Positions 62,475-64,000 of a DNA stretch of 64,000 nt are shown piece after piece (positions within the stretch are counted from its first letter, which is position 1; every line of letters starts with the position of its first letter). The notes below the pieces were generated by a model. That model searched no databases. It had not been told where the DNA came from and was given only the letters and a program-made list of their open reading frames with translations. The position numbers and the translations under genes were made by a program. This DNA comes from Sulfurospirillum sp. (GTDB lineage Bacteria > Campylobacterota > Campylobacteria > Campylobacterales > Sulfurospirillaceae), in the NCBI GenBank assembly GCA_045047115.1, contig JASFYR010000005.1, positions 1 through 64,000 of the forward strand, read 5' to 3'.

Positions 62475-62936
62475 ATGAGAGCAATAGGTAATTTACTGTG
62501 GTTTCTTTTGGGTGGTGTTGTTATGGGGCTTGCTTGGTGGTTGGTTGGATTAATTGCTTTTGCTACAGTAGTTGGAATTCCTTGGGGGCGAGCTTGCTTT
62601 GTAATTGGTAACTTTTCATTTTTTCCATTTGGTAAAGAGGCAATAAGCCGCAAAGAACTAACTGGGCAAGAAGACATAGGTACTGGTAGTTTTGGTGTGT
62701 TAGGAAATATAATTTGGTTTTTATTTGCTGGTTTTTGGCTAGCGCTTGGGCATGTGATTTCAGCTATGTTTAATTTTATAACCATCATTGGTATACCTTT
62801 CGGTATTCAGCATTTAAAACTTGCAGGAATCGCAATTTCTCCGATTGGAAAAACTATCGTTACAAAAGAAGTTGCAGCAGCAGCGCGTTTAGCAAATGCA
62901 AAGTCAACAGTAGCTGACATGAGAGACAACACATAG
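62475..62936 (+). CDS. yccF: YccF domain inner-membrane protein
   Basis: Duplicated GN..WF..G...GIP.G...PFG/PIG units; start at ATG 62475 after AAGGAG. Confidence 0.9.
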   Translation: MRAIGNLLWFLLGGVVMGLAWWLVGLIAFATVVGIPWGRACFVIGNFSFFPFGKEAISRKELTGQEDIGTGSFGVLGNIIWFLFAGFWLALGHVISAMFNFITIIGIPFGIQHLKLAGIAISPIGKTIVTKEVAAAARLANAKSTVADMRDNT

Positions 62937-62993
62937 GTTTAAAGCAGATAAAACATATAAATATTTATATATGTTTGAAAAAGAGATCTGATA

Positions 62994-63028
62994 TTTCCCA
63001 TTCTGCCCTAGTAGAGCAAAATGGGAAA
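62994..63028. terminator. Hairpin between convergent genes
   Basis: TTTCCCATT..TGC...GCA..AATGGGAAA. Confidence 0.6.
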
Positions 63029-63030
63029 AA

Positions 63031-63223
63031 TTAGGCTACAACCTTATATACTTCAACCTCAGATTTTCCACTAAACCAATCTCTCGAGGGATGTAAAATC
63101 TTTGCTTCAACACATCCTGGCTGCTCCAGTATGTTGTGTTTTTTTGGCAGCCTCTAGCAAGTGTTTTGCATACTCTTTATTGTACTCTTCTTTGATAGGA
63201 AATCTTGTGAAAACTACGACCAT
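63031..63223 (-). pseudogene. ABM (dimeric alpha-beta barrel) family pseudogene
   Basis: AAGGAG RBS; MVVVFTRFPIKEEY...AAKK then frameshift in A7 run (63139-63145) to HNILEQPGCVEAKILHPSRDWFSGKSEVEVYKVVA*; too short for a full domain. Confidence 0.6.
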
Positions 63224-63315
63224 GATACCGCTCCTTAAAATTATTTATATTTTTGTAAATATCACAAAAATATCATTTGGAATGATACTCTTTATATGTA
63301 AATATATTAAAAATT

Positions 63316-63531
63316 TTATCTTTTATTTTTACATCTGGACCCGTTTATGGCAAAATAAATCAGATCTTTTATGACTAGTATCAGGCAGTAGAGCCATAGG
63401 GTTATAAGTATATAATTACTTTTATATAAACCCTCAAAGTAGAGGTACCCAAAACCAAGGAAATATGGCCATTTTAGAAAATAGAAGAAAAGTATGCCTG
63501 CTCCATATATCTCTTTGAAAAAATGTTTCAT
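63316..63531 (-). CDS. Small membrane protein (71 aa)
   Basis: AAGGA RBS, hydrophobic segments. Confidence 0.6.
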   Translation of the reverse strand: MKHFFKEIYGAGILFFYFLKWPYFLGFGYLYFEGLYKSNYILITLWLYCLILVIKDLIYFAINGSRCKNKR

Positions 63532-63598
63532 CTTTTTAGTATCCTTTTTATTTTTTGTATGAAATTATGCTAAAATAGCAAATAACAAACAAAAGGAG

Positions 63599-63691
63599 AT
63601 GGTATTGGAGTATAACATTTTGGGTCTTATTTTTGCCTCAGTAGTGGTTGTGTCGTTTTTTATGGTAGCACTCACAAAAGAGAAAAAGTAA
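63599..63691 (+). CDS. Small single-TM protein (28-30 aa), not in ORF track
   Basis: AAGGAG RBS; (MV)LEYNILGLIFASVVVVSFFMVALTKEKK*; TGcTAAAAT upstream; TTG 63605 is an alternative start. Confidence 0.55.
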   Translation: MVLEYNILGLIFASVVVVSFFMVALTKEKK

Positions 63692-63697
63692 TGCCTC

Positions 63698-64000
63698 CTA
63701 AACAACTCCTGCGTTAGAAACAGGTTCCACTTTCGGTTTGGTATCTTTTAAAAGCAGGGTAGGCTCATCAAAAGGTGCCAGTCGCTCCATAAAATCTATT
63801 ATGCTTAGTAGTGGGGTAGCATAAAAAAATTTTAGTTGATGATTGTATTGCCATAGTTTGTCAGCATAGATAAGCACAAGATAGGGTATGTCACTAATAC
63901 CATCACCATTTTTGTCAAATCCTATATACCTATCCCAATAATTTTCCTCTATACTGTTTTCGTCATGAAACTCTCCACTAACATCCTTTACAACATCTTC
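63698..64000 (-). CDS. nosD: 3' end of NosD-family protein (nitrous oxide reductase maturation), truncated by window edge
   Basis: Open minus frame ...ENYWDRYIGFDKNGDGISDIPY...ADKLWQY...KFFYATP...ERLAPF...D.KP*. Confidence 0.85.
   Translation of the reverse strand, partial: EDVVKDVSGEFHDENSIEENYWDRYIGFDKNGDGISDIPYLVLIYADKLWQYNHQLKFFYATPLLSIIDFMERLAPFDEPTLLLKDTKPKVEPVSNAGVV

Noticed and set aside
63102..63374. 90-aa plus-strand ORF
   Set aside because: Overlaps two minus-strand coding remnants; no RBS.

Overview
AT-rich, gene-dense chromosomal segment of a Campylobacterota (epsilon-proteobacterial) bacterium, most similar in gene content and order to Sulfurospirillum/Campylobacter-type organisms (inference). 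It is mostly core genome. Left third: lgt, quinol:fumarate reductase frdCAB, a tandem pair of dynamin-like GTPases, ruvB, panB, trpA, tmRNA followed by mlaA-mlaC-MMPL/RND, and a Cache-domain two-component system with a TRAP dctPQM transporter. Middle: a porin, livKHMGF, a CcsBA cytochrome c synthase and six tRNA genes. Right half: cinA, ileS-gatA-guaB-metX-xseB-nitrilase-dapC-murC-mutS2, dapE, ATP citrate lyase aclBA, pyk and the 3' end of nosD. Two features stand out. (1) Four toxin-antitoxin modules cluster around the porin gene. The two right-hand ones form a cassette-like array delimited by same-orientation GGGGTCAGGGTT repeats (one exact 28-bp pair plus a degenerate third copy), and the same motif occurs elsewhere as intergenic hairpins. 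(2) A ~100-bp structured element with an open reading frame occurs twice at operon junctions (2404-2499 and 45921-46028). It has a covarying 11-bp hairpin directly before the downstream ribosome-binding site. One copy extends FrdC; the other is a standalone 35-aa ORF overlapping both neighbours. Also noted: a duplicated tRNA-Lys/tRNA-Glu block with a TTC/CTC anticodon difference, several unannotated small ORFs and pseudogenes. All calls are from reading the sequence and ORF track; no searches were run.
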